The notes: generated from the sequence alone by a model not told the origin. A stretch of 63,496 nt of DNA, filler included, from Intoshia linei (GCA_001642005.1; 8 parts of 8 records of this genome joined end to end with filler, not necessarily neighbours in it), one strand, 5' to 3'; numbered from the whole stretch's first letter, positions 41,038 to 54,640 are shown. A program made the numbers and translations.

Positions 41038-42834
41038 ATGGAAACAAATAGTAATGCGGAAGTCAGTGAAATAAAAAATACAATTGGAGAAGTTATTTTG
41101 AATAAAACAAATGATACATCTTCCGAAGCTATTAATTCACGTCTATTCCTAGGAGGTATTGATACAGAAGCTATGACTAGCGAAGATGTGTTAAAAACAT
41201 TTTCATCGTACGGACAAGTGAAAGGTAAAGTAAAATAGTAACGCATTGCATATATGTGAATGTAGGTATAACGTTATTGAAAGGTTATGGTTTCGTACAA
41301 ATGAGCAACGCAGAGCAAGCCCTACATGCTTTTGAAGATATGAAGGGGAAATCTATAAATGGATCTACCATAGGTTTAATGTTTCATATTTTTATTTTAA
41401 CTGTGTATTAGATGTCAAATTAATGAATAAACAAAAATTAAACAAGGATGTAGAAATTGGTGAAGATGTTAAAGCGTAAATTCTATTTAAAATAATATAA
41501 TATGAATAATGATATAATATATTGAAATTAAAAGAAATTCTGTAACATTATTTTAATAGAAAAAATTGTATTGACTTGTTTGAGCTACTATAACATAATT
41601 ATCCCCAACGCGGATTTTTTAGCAATTTTCCCTACCCTACCATTTTTTCGGATGTAGAAGGTTCGTATCATATTTTTGATAAACTTTTATAATTGTATAA
41701 TTATTTAAATTGTTTCAATTAATTTTTTTTAGAATGGTAGTCAACTTGCACGTTGCCATTATATCCACAAATCGAAGTTTAAGGTATTGAATTAACACAA
41801 CATTTATATTTAAATTTTTAAAATTTTATTTATTATTTATTTGCGTTATTAATTCAACTTTATATCCTTCACGCTTGGATTCTTTGTAAATTTTTAAATG
41901 TAAATGTATATTATTGTTTATGTATTATTATTATTAATAAAATAGGAAGTACAGTGATTATGTAAACTCGCAGATAATTCAACTTGGTTTAAAATCTCAT
42001 TACTTTAAAACTTCAAGTGAGCGGGACACAAAAAACCACTTAGATTTATTTTCAGAAGCTAATATTTCCTTTACGATAATATTGTTTGAGAAAAATAAGG
42101 AACATAATTCAGTTCACTTAAAGGACAATGTTGGTGGATTAGGTATTGAGAAACCAATTTTATTTTTTTATATTTACATGTTAATAATATATTTACAATT
42201 TTAATTAGAGTATAAACATTTTCCATTGAACAACGCCTTGTCTGTTATAAAGAATTATTTTAATAATAAACAAATGATGAACCTGTATGGTGGAGGTTAA
42301 TAACTTAATCAAAATTTATATATACATTTTAGACTCTAATTCTAATTTTGGTGGAATGACTCCAGATTCATCAACCTTAGTGTGTTTGAATCTACTGATT
42401 GCTGGAAAAGAACTTTCACGGGAACAATTTAAACTAATTTCAAATTATATTGATAAAAGAATATCTAATATATCTATTCAGCCAGGTTTTATAGTTTGTT
42501 CTATTTTATATTATTTTAAGCTGCTTCTAATATGAATCAATTTATGAATATGTTAATGATGATTAACCAACAAAATAAAACACCCACTTATCCGACTCCA
42601 GCTCCTTATGTTAATAACATTTCTCAAATGACCACTCCATATGCTAGAATGAACACAGGAAACAACTCTGATGCAACTGGACGAAGTAATTATGTACCAA
42701 ATCAAAATCCTAGAAGCAATTTTTCCACAACAGCTTCAAAAAACAGTTATGACAGCCGATCGTTTTATTCATCTTTGGTTGGATATCCTACTACCTACAA
42801 CTACGGTTATCAATCTAATAATAAAAATATTTAA
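41038..42834 (+). CDS. NCOA5: NCOA5/Neosin-like RRM + anticodon-binding-like domain protein
   Basis: RRM SRLFLGGI...YGQVK|GITLLKGYGFVQM; then CHVAIISTNRSL|KYSDYV...IILFEKNKEHNSV...EYKHFPLNNAL; low-complexity N/Y/S tail; tiny introns. Confidence 0.7.
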
Positions 42835-42978
42835 TTGTTTGTTTGGTTAAATACTTATTGCTGTCATCATCCTTTATGTTTTGGGTGGACAATATACATA
42901 AATATTGTCCGTATAGTTCACTTTGTATACTTTACTTATTTTATTGTGATGGGAAAGGACTCTTTGTATTTTAAAATA

Positions 42979-43137
42979 CAGTAATACCTCGATTAACGAA
43001 CAAATTAAAAAACACAAAAAAATAGAAAAATGGGCGAAAATTATTCTTCAAATATGCCAAAACGAACGAAGAATGATACTCTCGCTTAAAGAACAAAATT
43101 TCGGAACGAATTGGTTCGTTATAGTGAGGTATTACCG
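42979..43137. mobile_element. Tc1/pogo-type MITE
   Basis: TA|CAGTAATACCTC..AACGAAC ... GTTCGTT..GAGGTATTACCG|TA. Confidence 0.75.
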
Positions 43138-43533
43138 TACTAATAATGTTAAAAATTAATTTTACATCTAAAATGTATAAGTAAGAAAAAAGCATAAAAG
43201 AAATATTTTTTACGAGTAAACAAGTTTGAGTTACAAGTTACAGTTATTATTGCAAAAACACAAAACTTAAATTAAGTCAAAAAACTTTCCTTATAGACTC
43301 TTTGTAATAGCACATTCACCAAAATATATTATTATTTATATACATATGTACTACTATTCACAATAACACCTTATACCCACTGATAATTGATTGATTGAAA
43401 AGAATATATTAATTTTAAAAATAAAAATATAATATATGTTATATTTAATAGGACAGCGTATACTGTTTTTAATATGTTTATTTATAAATACATGTTTGAA
43501 ATTGATGTAAAGATACAATTTATTAACTATACT

Positions 43534-44880
43534 TTATATGTCTCGTATCAAATTTCGAATATTATCTATAAAATTTCGAAATGCTGCCTTAATCGAATCG
43601 AATATTGATTCATTATTTTCATTTGGTTCCTAAATACATATTATTTATAAATAATGCAACAATTATCAGATATATCATTTATATGGTATGGCATCGAGCC
43701 GAGTATGCCGCCTAGTCAATCCTTTTAGTCATTTATACCACTGTAAATGTAAAACAGTGTAAAAAATATCAGATTTTGTAATTTTATGATATATTTAAAT
43801 ATTTAATGCTATTTTATAAAAATTTACATCTAAATTGTATACATTACCATTTATATAACCTGCATGAAATAAAAATATGATTAATACCTTCAAGACTATC
43901 AGTTTCAATGTATAGACTAGTATTTAGTAGAACGGGAGGAGAATTAAAAACCACTGTGTTTGGCTGTTGATTTTGATTTGAGTTTTCTCGTGATTTTGTC
44001 AGTTTCAATTTATTAATACGATCAGTCATTAGCACTTTTTCTGAAAATTTTCTTTCCAATTCATATTCTGAATCAGTACTCTCTCTTTTCGGAACTTTTA
44101 TATTTGCATTATCTTGTTTTTGAAAAATTTCTTCTACGTGTATTTTTTGATTGTAAGCTTTTTGTTGTAAATTATTTATTTCATTAAATTTGTCATTTGA
44201 TACAGTGTTTGTATTTGCTTTATTCATGTGGTGTTGCAATGCATCATTGTTGTTTATTATATCTTGCATTGGTCCATTTTCTAGTTGGTGTTCTTGTTTT
44301 TTTAATTGTGCCAATAAAATTCTATCAGATTCATTTTCAATTTTCTTTTTATTTTTTTGTTCCAAGTCTGCCATTGCAATTCCATCAAATTCAGTTTGTT
44401 GTATGCGTCCAATTTCAAATGAATCTTTTCTTTTTTTCAACATTTCAATTTCTTCTATTCGTTTTTGTTCAAGTATTTTTTGTTGTTCTATTTTTATTTG
44501 TCTATCAACTTCTTCCTTCTTTTTTTGTTTTGTCATTTCTTGTTTTTCAATTTTTCTTAGTTTTTCAACTTCCACTAATCTTTCTTGTTCCTCAATTTTT
44601 CTTAGTATTTCTGCTTCCTCTAATCTTTTCTCTTCAAGTAGTTCTTTTTCCTCAATTTTTCGTAGTCTTTCAGCTTCTAATTTTTTTTGTTCCAGAATTT
44701 CTTTTTCCTCAATTTTTCTTAGTACTTCAGCGTCTTCTAATCTTTTTTGTTCAAAAATTTCTTGTTCCTCAATTTTTCTTATTCTTTCAGCTTCTAATTT
44801 TTTTTGTTCCAGAATTTCTTTTTCCGTAATTTTTCTTAGTATTTCAGCTTCTTCTAATTTTTTTTGTTCAAGAATTTCTT
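43534..44880 (-). CDS. 3' part of an E/K-rich coiled-coil repeat protein
   Basis: Open frame from the gap with ~19-20-aa EEKEILEQKKLEAE(I/R)LRKI repeats; donor near 43887 and a probable last exon ~43534-43629. Confidence 0.6.
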
Positions 44881-44980
44881 NNNNNNNNNNNNNNNNNNNN
44901 NNNNNNNNNNNNNNNNNNNNNNNNTTAATTAATTAANNNNNNNNNNNNNNNNNNNNNNNNNNNNNNNNNNNNNNNNNNNN

Positions 44981-45360
44981 CTTTACACACTTGCTGCTTG
45001 TGGTGCCGCAGGCGTAACTACCCATTAATTTAGTTACGCTAAAATTTCTTTTACTAACGGACTTCGGTAAGTTCGATAAGATAAGTAATTTAGATGTGTA
45101 ATATTTTGTCAATTAACATGTGCGGTTTAATGGTATAATTATCATTGTTCAAATACACCGTTTCATTCCTATTCATGTATTTGTCCAATAGATAATCGCC
45201 AGTATAAATAGGTGGTAGAAACTAATCATATATGCACTGTAAGTAGTTGACATTAATTTTAGTGTTAATAGAGTTTTTTTCGTAATATAAATTTGGGTAA
45301 GATATGTCCATAGTATACGATTCGCTGCGGATCTCTGTGTTTGTGAAATTACTGATCAAA
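44981..45360 (-). pseudogene. Probable second EVE fragment: virga/nege-like replicase region just upstream of the RdRp core
   Basis: NVNYLQCIYD*FLPPIYTGDYLLDKYM..VYLN and, after a frameshift, KSVSKRNFSVTKLMG. These resemble tobamovirus-type MQFYYDKCLPG..D and AMIKRNFNAPEL. The fragment runs into the gap. Confidence 0.6.
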
Positions 45361-45479
45361 TAACAATTGTGCACTTTAACATTTTATGGCATGTCATAAA
45401 ATATCTTTGGTATTCAATTAGATTGCACTATTGCATGTTTTTCCAAATATGACACTGTGTCAACATTCCTTTTGGTCAA

Positions 45480-46021
45480 TCCTAACTTATATAAAAGGCT
45501 ACGTGATATTGGTTTGTGTGTGTGTGTGTCTGTGAATTTAATGAAATAACTACCACTTTTAGAATTTTTTTAAGACAACATTTCAATTACAAATTTTTTC
45601 GAGGCGTATAATAAGATCAATTTCAACCTCCTAATTTTACATCTTACGAGTCAAAAACCCCTGTTGTCCCTCTTTTTTGAAAATTAAACGAGTTTGAGAA
45701 TTTAAATTGTCATAACATAAATACATAACATAAAATTGGAGAATTTAAAAAAATTATATCGTCAGGGCCAAAACCCAAAATTCCCCTTCATTTTTTTTTG
45801 AAAACAGCCCTAGAATTTTAAAAAATTTACAGGTGGTACAATTGTATCCTGTTAACACACATAAAAATTTTCAATTCAAATAAGTAACGACTTCACGGTC
45901 AAAAAGCATGTTAGTATTCACATATATTTTTTTCAAAATATTTTATTAAAACAAAAAATTTGAAAAATTAACAGTTCGACAATTATAAAAAAAAAATTAT
46001 TCTGATAGAGCTTATTCCAGT
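45480..46021 (+). mobile_element. Non-autonomous Helitron-like repeat, 5' portion
   Basis: A|TCCTAACTTATATAAA followed by (TG)n; colinear with the reverse complement of 62490-63152. Confidence 0.65.
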
Positions 46022-46032
46022 AGATATAAATA

Positions 46033-46737
46033 CAGTGCGCGCAATAAACATAGGTCCAACCAATTTATATTATTATTTAGTCTATTAAAATTAATTTCCA
46101 TAAATATTTCATCTCTATTAAAAAGGTATTAAATAATACGCTTGTTGATACCATTATTTTTCTTCTGCCACCTTTTTATGAAATATTATCACACAAATCG
46201 CTAATTAGCCGCGAAATAAAGATAAGCCCAACAGTTTTTTGTTAATAGTTTATTAAATATGATAGATAAAAATCAAAAATATGAAAATATAAAGAGATAT
46301 AAAGTCATAAAGTCATCAGACTTAAATCCAATTGAAAACTTTTGGCGATGTCTGTTTACAAAAATGGGAGGCAGTTTAGTATTATTGAGGCACTGACAAA
46401 ATTAATTATACTGGAATGGAATAAAATTCATCAAAATCTTTTACAAAGATTAATAACGTCTATGAAAAATAGATGTCTTGATGTTGTACAAAATAAAAGA
46501 GAAAAAACACTATTAAATATGTAAATGAATATACTAAATTGCTTTTATGCATTGGACTTATGTTTATTTCGCTTATTATAATAGATGTTTTGTAATAACT
46601 TTGTTGAAAAAAGATATAATTATAATAGATATATCATCAAGTGTCGCTTCTTTTGTATATCTTAGTGTGAAAATTTCACCTTTCAATCACAATTATTAAC
46701 AAAAACTATAAGGCTTATCTTTATTTCGTGCACTTTA
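46033..46737 (+). mobile_element. Internally deleted Tc1 element
   Basis: TA|CAGTGCGCGCAATAAA ... TTTATTTCGTGCACTT|TA termini; SSDLNPIENFW...EWNKI...SMKNRCLDVV. Confidence 0.75.
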
Positions 46738-47039
46738 GGACACCTCAAACTAAAATAATGTATTTACAATTTAATAATGTGTCTTTTCTCCTTTATTGAT
46801 CACANNNNNNNNNNNNNNNNNNNNNNNNNNNNNNNNNNNNNNNNNNNNTTAATTAATTAANNNNNNNNNNNNNNNNNNNNNNNNNNNNNNNNNNNNNNNN
46901 NNNNAAATATATCAAAATCTTCCGTTTACAATGTTATAAAGTCAAACCAAAATATCATTCTTGTTAAAATTAAATGCACCAATGAGAAAAGTAACATTGT
47001 GGCTGAATTGGTGGAAAGGTTGTGCACCCCTGTCATAGA

Positions 47040-47340
47040 GGATCATATACTGGAGAGGATTGTCAAAATTGGTTCAGAAGATTAATAAACGAATGCCTTG
47101 AATCTGGTGTATTATCTCCCACATTTGTAATAGATAATGCTACAATTCATCACAGATTAAAATCAGTTATAAATTAAAATGAAGACGTTGAATTGATTAC
47201 ATTGGCTCCTTACTCCTTTCTGTTAAATCCTATCGAATTGGCGTGAAGTAGCTTCAAAAGCGAAATAAAAAGACATTAAATCGAGGATGTCAGAAATGAT
47301 TGGGTATAGAAGGATTAATGGCATATCCATATGCGAATAC
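47040..47340 (+). mobile_element. Tc1/IS630-type transposase remnant
   Basis: VIDNATIHH...LAPYSFLLNPIELA*SSFK. Confidence 0.7.
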
Positions 47341-47849
47341 GAAACAATTGCACAAGAATCTGTAATTTTTAAATTATATTATAATATACATATTTTAACA
47401 AATCTACATTTGATATTTTATTTTAGATATCTGTCCTCATTCCAATATAATTACTTGGATTTACAAATCATATAGAACGCTATTATCCAGCAATTAGCCG
47501 AGGTGAACATTTGATGGAACATTAAAACTGTACAATTATAAATTGTATAACTGTATTACAATAAATATTTTTATACATTATTGTATGCAACATAATATCC
47601 TCTGATAGCATAGAATTCAACTCAAAATATATTTCAAATGATGCTATAAGTTAGCAATGATATCAAGTTCATATATTCTCTGATCACACCTCGCACCAGT
47701 GGAAACTTTCTAGCTGACTATAAGAGGATATCAGATGTCTTATTCTGCTATCGAATCGGGTATATAAGGATATCATATCGGAGGATGTAATGAATATGAG
47801 TAAATAATGTTAATACAAATATTTATCAGTATGTTAGTCCGTTATTGTA

Positions 47850-48140
47850 TGTCATGATTTTTATCTGACAAATAGCAACTAAGATATTAGTTGATACGGG
47901 GCCCGAAAGGACATTAATTCCATTTAATTTAATTGCCAATATTAAGCTAAACAAATATACTGGTCCCAAAATGACATCGGTTAATAACTCTTAAATCAGA
48001 GTAACTGCAACTAAAATTTTAAATTACAAACTAAATTCTAAAATTACCGTAAAACTTAAAACATAAGTGGTACACGAAATTTCAACCCCTACTATAGGAA
48101 TGGATTTCATATTAAAACATTCAATACCAACATAACATAA
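47850..48140 (+). mobile_element. LTR-retrotransposon aspartic protease remnant
   Basis: ILVDTGPERTLIP ... TIGMDFI. Confidence 0.65.
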
Positions 48141-48289
48141 TCCTAGCAGATTACAATTACAGTCAAACCTCAATTTAACGAATAATATAATAAACCTATC
48201 TTTTAACGAACAAACAAAATATTAATAATTTATGGGTATACTGGTACTATAAAAAATTAAATTTATTAACGAACAAACTCAACTATTAA

Positions 48290-48560
48290 TGCAGGTTGCA
48301 CGGTGCTACGCTTCGGTTGTATATTTAGGAAAACACATTTACGTCTTATATATTAGGGTATAATTCTAATGATCGGCTTAAATCAGTGGAAAAATACAAC
48401 ATTAATACAAATACGTGGTCATATTGCACAAGTATGAATTATATTTGCAGTGATGCTGCTGAAGTGGTCTATATGAACAAAATTTACGTGTGTGGCGGCT
48501 TTGATGGTACATCCATTCTGAATCTAGTTAATTTTACAATCCTAAGCAGGATAAATAGCT
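48290..48560 (+). pseudogene. Kelch-repeat gene fragment
   Basis: KIYVCGGFDGTSILN..YNPKQDK and LKSVEKYN..TNTW, disrupted. Confidence 0.65.
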
Positions 48561-48889
48561 AAATTAATATTCTATATCACACAAAATAATTCGGTATATG
48601 ATTCAATCATCATGAAAAATTTATTAAAATATTTTTAAATTGTTGTTATTAATTTTAAATAATAAATATATTTATGTTATATTTATTAATAAACCATATG
48701 GTCATTAATAATCATATTACTTAATCATTAAGACCATATGGTCACATGAAATAACTACAATTGGTAATTACCTAATATTTTATATGGTGAAAAATAGGTA
48801 AGTATGTATTAACTTCCCAAATTTTTGTAAAAATCGAAGTCAAAAAATTTGAAAATTTATTTATTATTGTTTCATTTTAATTTACATTT

Positions 48890-50280
48890 TAAAAATGGCT
48901 TGCAACATTTCTAAATTTGTGAATATAAGAACAAAAAAACTTTATGATTATGTTGAAGAAGAGAGTTTACAACTCCTGTCAAAAATTCCAACACTTGCGA
49001 ATGTTCTTGGAAGATACAATTACATTCAGAATTGTTCTTCCTCACAATGATTGAAGTATTTATTGTTCTGATATTGTTTCAATTAAACTTAATTCATTAT
49101 GGAAAAAATTATCTATGAGATATTTTTAATATCCGAAATAACAATATAATTCTAAAGTTTAGATTTAGAATCTAAACGAAGATGAGAAATTCAACTAGAG
49201 ACTAAAAGCAAGGTTGGTCAATGTTCTAATTCCATTTTTTTTAACGGACCTAAGTCTAAAATTGAAAAGATTAAAAACAGAAATCAATAATATAATTTTC
49301 AATGTGAATCAATTGTAGAAGAACACGTAGACGACTCTGATGACGAGTCTCTAATGAGAGAAGTTTCAGTGTGCTGAAGAGGATAAAATCTTACATACGC
49401 TATTCAATTAGCCAGGATAGCCTGAATGGATTGGCAATATTAAATATTAATTCTGATAAAGCAAAACTAATTGATTTTTCAGATGTAATAATAAATTTAC
49501 CAAAAAAAGGCTCGCAAAGCATTTATTAAGTGAAACGGTAATATTTATAATATTACTAATTATAATTATTGATATTTAGAATTTGTCCTATTTTATTAAA
49601 TTGTTGTTAATTAAAATACGTATATATTAATTTATAATAAATTGAGTATATATTTATACTGTATAATAAACCATTACGTAGTGTATATTAACATGTTACA
49701 TATTTACTATTTTTATCTTAATGACCACCAATGCGATTTCCAACGGTTATTTTTAATTTTTAAGTAATCAACTATCGCTTAAGGCTTAAGCCATGTATAG
49801 ATGTTCCATTTTTTTAAACAATTTTATAGGGGCCTACAATTTTCATCTGGCCGGGCCTACTGCTGGCTCTCCACGGCCCTCTACTCTTAAACCAAGTTGA
49901 AGAATACACAGGTGATGTATGTTTGTACTTCGACGGAAAGAGAACAAAAAGTTATGAAAACCGGTGTAGTTTTGTAGAAAAGTTTGCGGTATGTATTAAA
50001 GGCAAAAATAAGTTTTCCAAATGCCTGGCCATTAAAACCCTTCCAGATGCAAAAGGGTTAACAATGTTTAATTGTGTGAAACAAGTGATAGATTATTTTG
50101 GTATCAAAGGTAGGATTTTAGTTATTGTAACCGATACTACAAGTTCTAATACAGGTAAACTAAAATGAGCAGTTACATTCTTAATATTCGGAAATTCATC
50201 TCTAAGTCCAAATCTACATTACAGTTTTATAGATAAACTAATCAAAAATTTTAATTATCTCGTGGACAATTAGAATTGAT
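48890..50280 (+). mobile_element. hATm-like transposase remnant containing a nested hAT 3' end (~49380-49880)
   Basis: KIPTLANVLGRY; LYFDGKR; IVTDTTSSNTG; SLSPNLHYSF; nested SLNGLAILNIN...IDFSDVI. Confidence 0.7.
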
Positions 50281-50389
50281 GGCGAAATATTTTGTGTTTT
50301 AAATCATAATTATTAACTATAATACTATTTTGTAATTATAATAAATTACAGTAATAAAATAAAATAATCGTTAGAATCACCATCACCAA

Positions 50390-51410
50390 TAATCCTGATG
50401 GTGAAAAATACTTTTTCATCTTTGAAAAAAATATGCAAAAGTGATCATCCTAATGTGCAGTGTGCCAAAAAGTACTTTCCAATGAAAGTATGAAACCATG
50501 CAAACTCAAAAACCATCGTAAAACGTTTCATATCACTAATATTGATAAACCACTATCATATTACAAAATATACCAGCTTAAAGAACAATTTCTTAACCAA
50601 AAAAAGTTATCAACTATATTAATTACCAAATAATTTAAAAAGAGAACTTAAAGCTTCTTATAAAGTTAGCAAACTCATAGGAAAGTCTAAAAAGTCACAT
50701 AACATTTGTGAATCTCTTATTTTACTTTCCATTTCAATTATATCAAAGATTATGAACATTAAAATATATTCATTTTAGTAACAATACTGTTTCTCAAAGG
50801 ATTGATGAAATAGCAGATGATATTGAAGAAAAATGGGTTCTTCTATTCAGGATAAACAAATTTTCTTTGCAGCTGGACGAAACCACCATTATGAATATCA
50901 ACGCTATTTTAATGGCTTATGTAAGATTGTGGAATGAAAATAAGTTGATGGAAGAAATGGTATTTACCAATAAAATAATCACGGATACAAAGATGTGTAC
51001 ACTTTATGAAATGGTCAGATCATATTTACGTGAAAAAGAAATACCATTTGAAAAGGTGATTTGAAATTTCACTGATGATGCAGCAGAAATGATAAAAGAA
51101 TACAGGGGATTCATAGCTTTCTTAAACGAAAGTATACCTTCCATATTTACCATGCATTGCATTATCTATAGACAGCACTTGTAGCCATAAAGTTAGGATT
51201 AAGATTTAATGATTTTTTATAAATTGTTATAAAAACCATGTTCCAATAACTATGTGAAACGAATAATAAGGGATTTATGAAATTATTAATGCACACAAAC
51301 GTGAGGTGGTTTTCCAAGGGAAACTGTCTTAAACGCTTTATTAGTTTGTGAAATTCAATTATTGAATTTATGTCTGATAGTGATATTGGTAATATAATAA
51401 TTTATAATAA
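50390..51410 (+). mobile_element. hAT Buster/Charlie (ZBED8-like) transposase remnant
   Basis: CAVCQKVLSNESMKPCKLKNH; ASYKVS; SNNTVSQRIDE; FSLQLDETT; HCIIYRQHL; VRWFSKGNCLKRF. Confidence 0.9.
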
Positions 51411-51415
51411 AAATG

Positions 51416-51978
51416 TTCCCTCGGCAGAGCTAGGTGCTGTTTGTACGTAGTACATAACAATCAACCTAGTTATTCATTATACCAAAAAAATAAATTCACG
51501 TTTAAAATTCTACTATTCACTATTATCAATCATTTAAAGGAGTGGTTCCCAAACTTGTTTCAGGTGGAACTATCATATCACATTACTTTTTACTTAAAGT
51601 GAATTATTCCATCTTAATTTTTTTTTGTTAACATTTGACAATTTTTTTAAATTTAAATATATGATAATGTTTATGATTTTAAAATCCATATCAGCGTATA
51701 TATTTTTTTAAATTCTCCAACTCGTTTAATTTTTAAAAAAAAGGACAATTGGAGTTTTTGACCCGTAAGTTTAGTAGGTTGAAATTTATTTTGCTAACAC
51801 CCGAAAAAAAACTGTAATTGAAATGTAGATTTTATAAAATTCTAATACTGATAGTTATTGAAATAAAGTAGAACAAACACACACAAACAAATATTGCGTA
51901 GCATCCTTACTTATATAATATGATACGCGATTGTTGTTTGTGTGTGTTCCATTTTATTTAAATAACTACCCGTCTTAA
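51416..51978. mobile_element. Helitron-like element with fold-back duplications of both ends
   Basis: Plus-strand 3' hairpin+CTAG (51416-51469), minus-strand body (~51466-51903), plus-strand 5' end TCCTTACTTATATAAT (51904-51978). Confidence 0.55.
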
Positions 51979-52076
51979 TCTTTTATTAGGGTGCTCTTCC
52001 GATTTGGCGCGGGCGTAACAAAAAATGCAAATAATAATTACAAAGCAATTTTTTTTAAAAAAATTAATAAAAAATA

Positions 52077-54065
52077 TTAACCTTCTTCAAGTTCCAAGTG
52101 ATTAGGAACTGCTTTAAAATTTACAAGAGAAGATTCTTCAAAATTTTGTAAAATGGATTCATTGGATGAAGACGCATCGGTACTAGAAACGTAATTTTCA
52201 AGATAGTGGTCATTTTTTTGATTTACATTCTGATAGCAATACTGTACAATATTGATTGGTTTAACTTGTTTTACCTTTCCCGTATTATAATGAACATCAT
52301 TCAGTTTTTCAAATTTCATTTTCAATAAAACAGATTTTGATGTAGACATAACTATTGCATTTCGTAAATGTTCAAATTTTTTTAGTGTCTGTAATCGATA
52401 CATTTCTTCATAGTTCAGTGTATCTTTATATTTATTGATTAAGGGAAATATTCTTTCATTCGACTTGTGGCTACCCTCAATAAGTTCATCTAAATAAAAA
52501 ATCAAATTTAAAAGACAGCAGAGTGATAGTCATTTAAATTGAGAAAATTATACATATTATAATAAGAATATACATATAAGTGTATATTAGGGTTGTGAAT
52601 TTATTCACTTTTTTGCGAAAATACAAAAGTGCCATCACATACGTGGAAGATGGGGTTGAATGATACACAATTATCTAAAAATTATATAAAAATAATTAAA
52701 AAAAACCCTGGGGCAAAGCACTTCAAAATATGAATAATGGCAAAATTTAATTTATTTTGTATAGTAAATTTCATAGTAATAATTATTTCCATAACAATTA
52801 ATTTTCAATTTATTTTTACTATTTATTCAGTTTTCTCATTGGAATCAGTTTTTTTATCAATTCGGCGTTCATGATTCGCTAGACGATAATTTTGCGCATC
52901 TTTATAGGTATTTGTATAGAAATTTTTATATTTAAAATAATATTTTTAAGAAAATTGTCATATATTAGTTACTGTGAGCGATATAATGTTCAAAACTTTA
53001 GAGGAAATACCCCAGGTTTTTTTTAACAGTTGAGAGGTAAGATTGGGTGCAAATTGAATATTTTCAAAATGTTCATATGGTGAAAAGGTGCACTTTTGAT
53101 ATAAAAATTCGTTCACACTCCTAATATATATACCGAAAGTACCTTGGATATATATTCGAGTCTTTCTCAATGGATATCTCACGGGTTTATAATTATATAG
53201 TAGTCTGGCTGAATTAAAATGATTAATATAAAAATTAACGGAAGCCCCTCCTTGAGGTTCCAAAGTTAGTGAAGTTTTGTCACTACAACAATGCGCTGCA
53301 CATTTTTGTAGTTTTTTTAGATCGTGTTTATATAATTTATAACAAACCTAAAATTGTAGATAAAATTTTGATTTCTTGATTGTAATTTTGTAATTTTTTC
53401 CCACATTCAAAAATATTGAATATTTCAGAAATGTAATTTTCTTGGTCTTTTTCTGGTATAGTTGAAATATAATTTAAAATATTCTTGTTATTAAACAAAC
53501 TGTCCTTGTCGCCATTAATAAAATTAAATATTTTTCCAAATTTATCACTAGAAAAATGTTCATTTTCATACAGACGTTCAGGTATATATTTTTCCCATAC
53601 AGGTTGATTTCCACAATTTAAATTATCATTTGGATCGACTGTTGAACATGCATTAAAGCTTGCCAAATCTAATTTAGTTTTAACTGAAACAGGTAGGGCT
53701 ATGTTGATCATTTTTTCAATTTGTTCTTTTCTCGATAAACATTCTTTCATACAATATTTAACAAATTTGTTGAAATTTTGAAAATTATACAAATTTACAA
53801 TAGGATATTTTACATTATTTTTTAGACTAGAAATACACATGAAAATGTAGTTATATAGAGGATTTATGATAAAATCAGATGGCTTCAAAAAATGTTTTTT
53901 GGAAAAAGGACTCTTGGTTCTTTCAGACACAGCAAATACCACAAAATTTTCTTTAATCTTTAAAGAATGTGATAACTTGTTGATAAGGTTCTGACATGTT
54001 GTATATTTTGTGATACCATTACAAATTATTGGATATCCATTAAAATATATTTTCAATTGCTTCAT
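52077..54065 (-). CDS. N-terminal Ras-association-domain protein, RASSF7/8-like
   Basis: MKQLKIYFNGYPIICNGITKYTTCQNLINKL resembles RASSF7-10 MELKVWVDG..VCGVT..TTCQ; a later exon at 52077-~52490 follows a MITE-containing intron. Confidence 0.65.
52588..53123. mobile_element. hAT-type MITE in intron
   Basis: TAGGGTTGTGAA ... TTCACACTCCTA termini; flanks GTGTATAT / ATATATAT; second copy at 12927. Confidence 0.8.
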
Positions 54066-54640
54066 TCTTTAATAGTAATTTTTTGGTTTGCAATTCATTT
54101 GTCTAGGATGAATTTTATGTGATGCATGGTTGGAGATTTGTTTTCATGTGACAAATGTACATTTGAATTATTCGAGTAATTACTGTTTTCAAGAATTTTG
54201 ATATAGTAACAAAATGGGAATAAACATTGCTATAACAAAAAATATATTATAGTATCACTATTCGATTAAGCAATTATAAATTAATTATTCCACAATAAAT
54301 TGTTGTTTTGATTGTCATGTGACCTTGGCACAATTAATTTAAATGTAGTGTTTTTATTTTCAATGACCGTAATATATGAACCATGACAAGTTGTCATTGG
54401 ACCATGAGATAGAGGTATTAGGTCGTTTCATAAGTAATGTCGTTTTTTTAACAAAATTAAAAAGTTTATTTATTACATTAAAAATGAAGTTATATTATAA
54501 AATATTCACCATTGCTTTCCACAGTCTTTTTCCAACATTCNNNNNNNNNNNNNNNNNNNNNNNNNNNNNNNNNNNNNNNNNNNNTTAATTAATTAANNNN
54601 NNNNNNNNNNNNNNNNNNNNNNNNNNNNNNNNNNNNNNNN

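Noticed and set aside
43688-43717. Hairpin GGCAT...ATGCC plus CTAG as a Helitron end
   Set aside because: No matching 5' end or second copy found in the window.
44190-44936. Plus-strand Phe/Ser-rich ORFs
   Set aside because: Antisense shadows of the E/K-rich minus-strand repeat gene.
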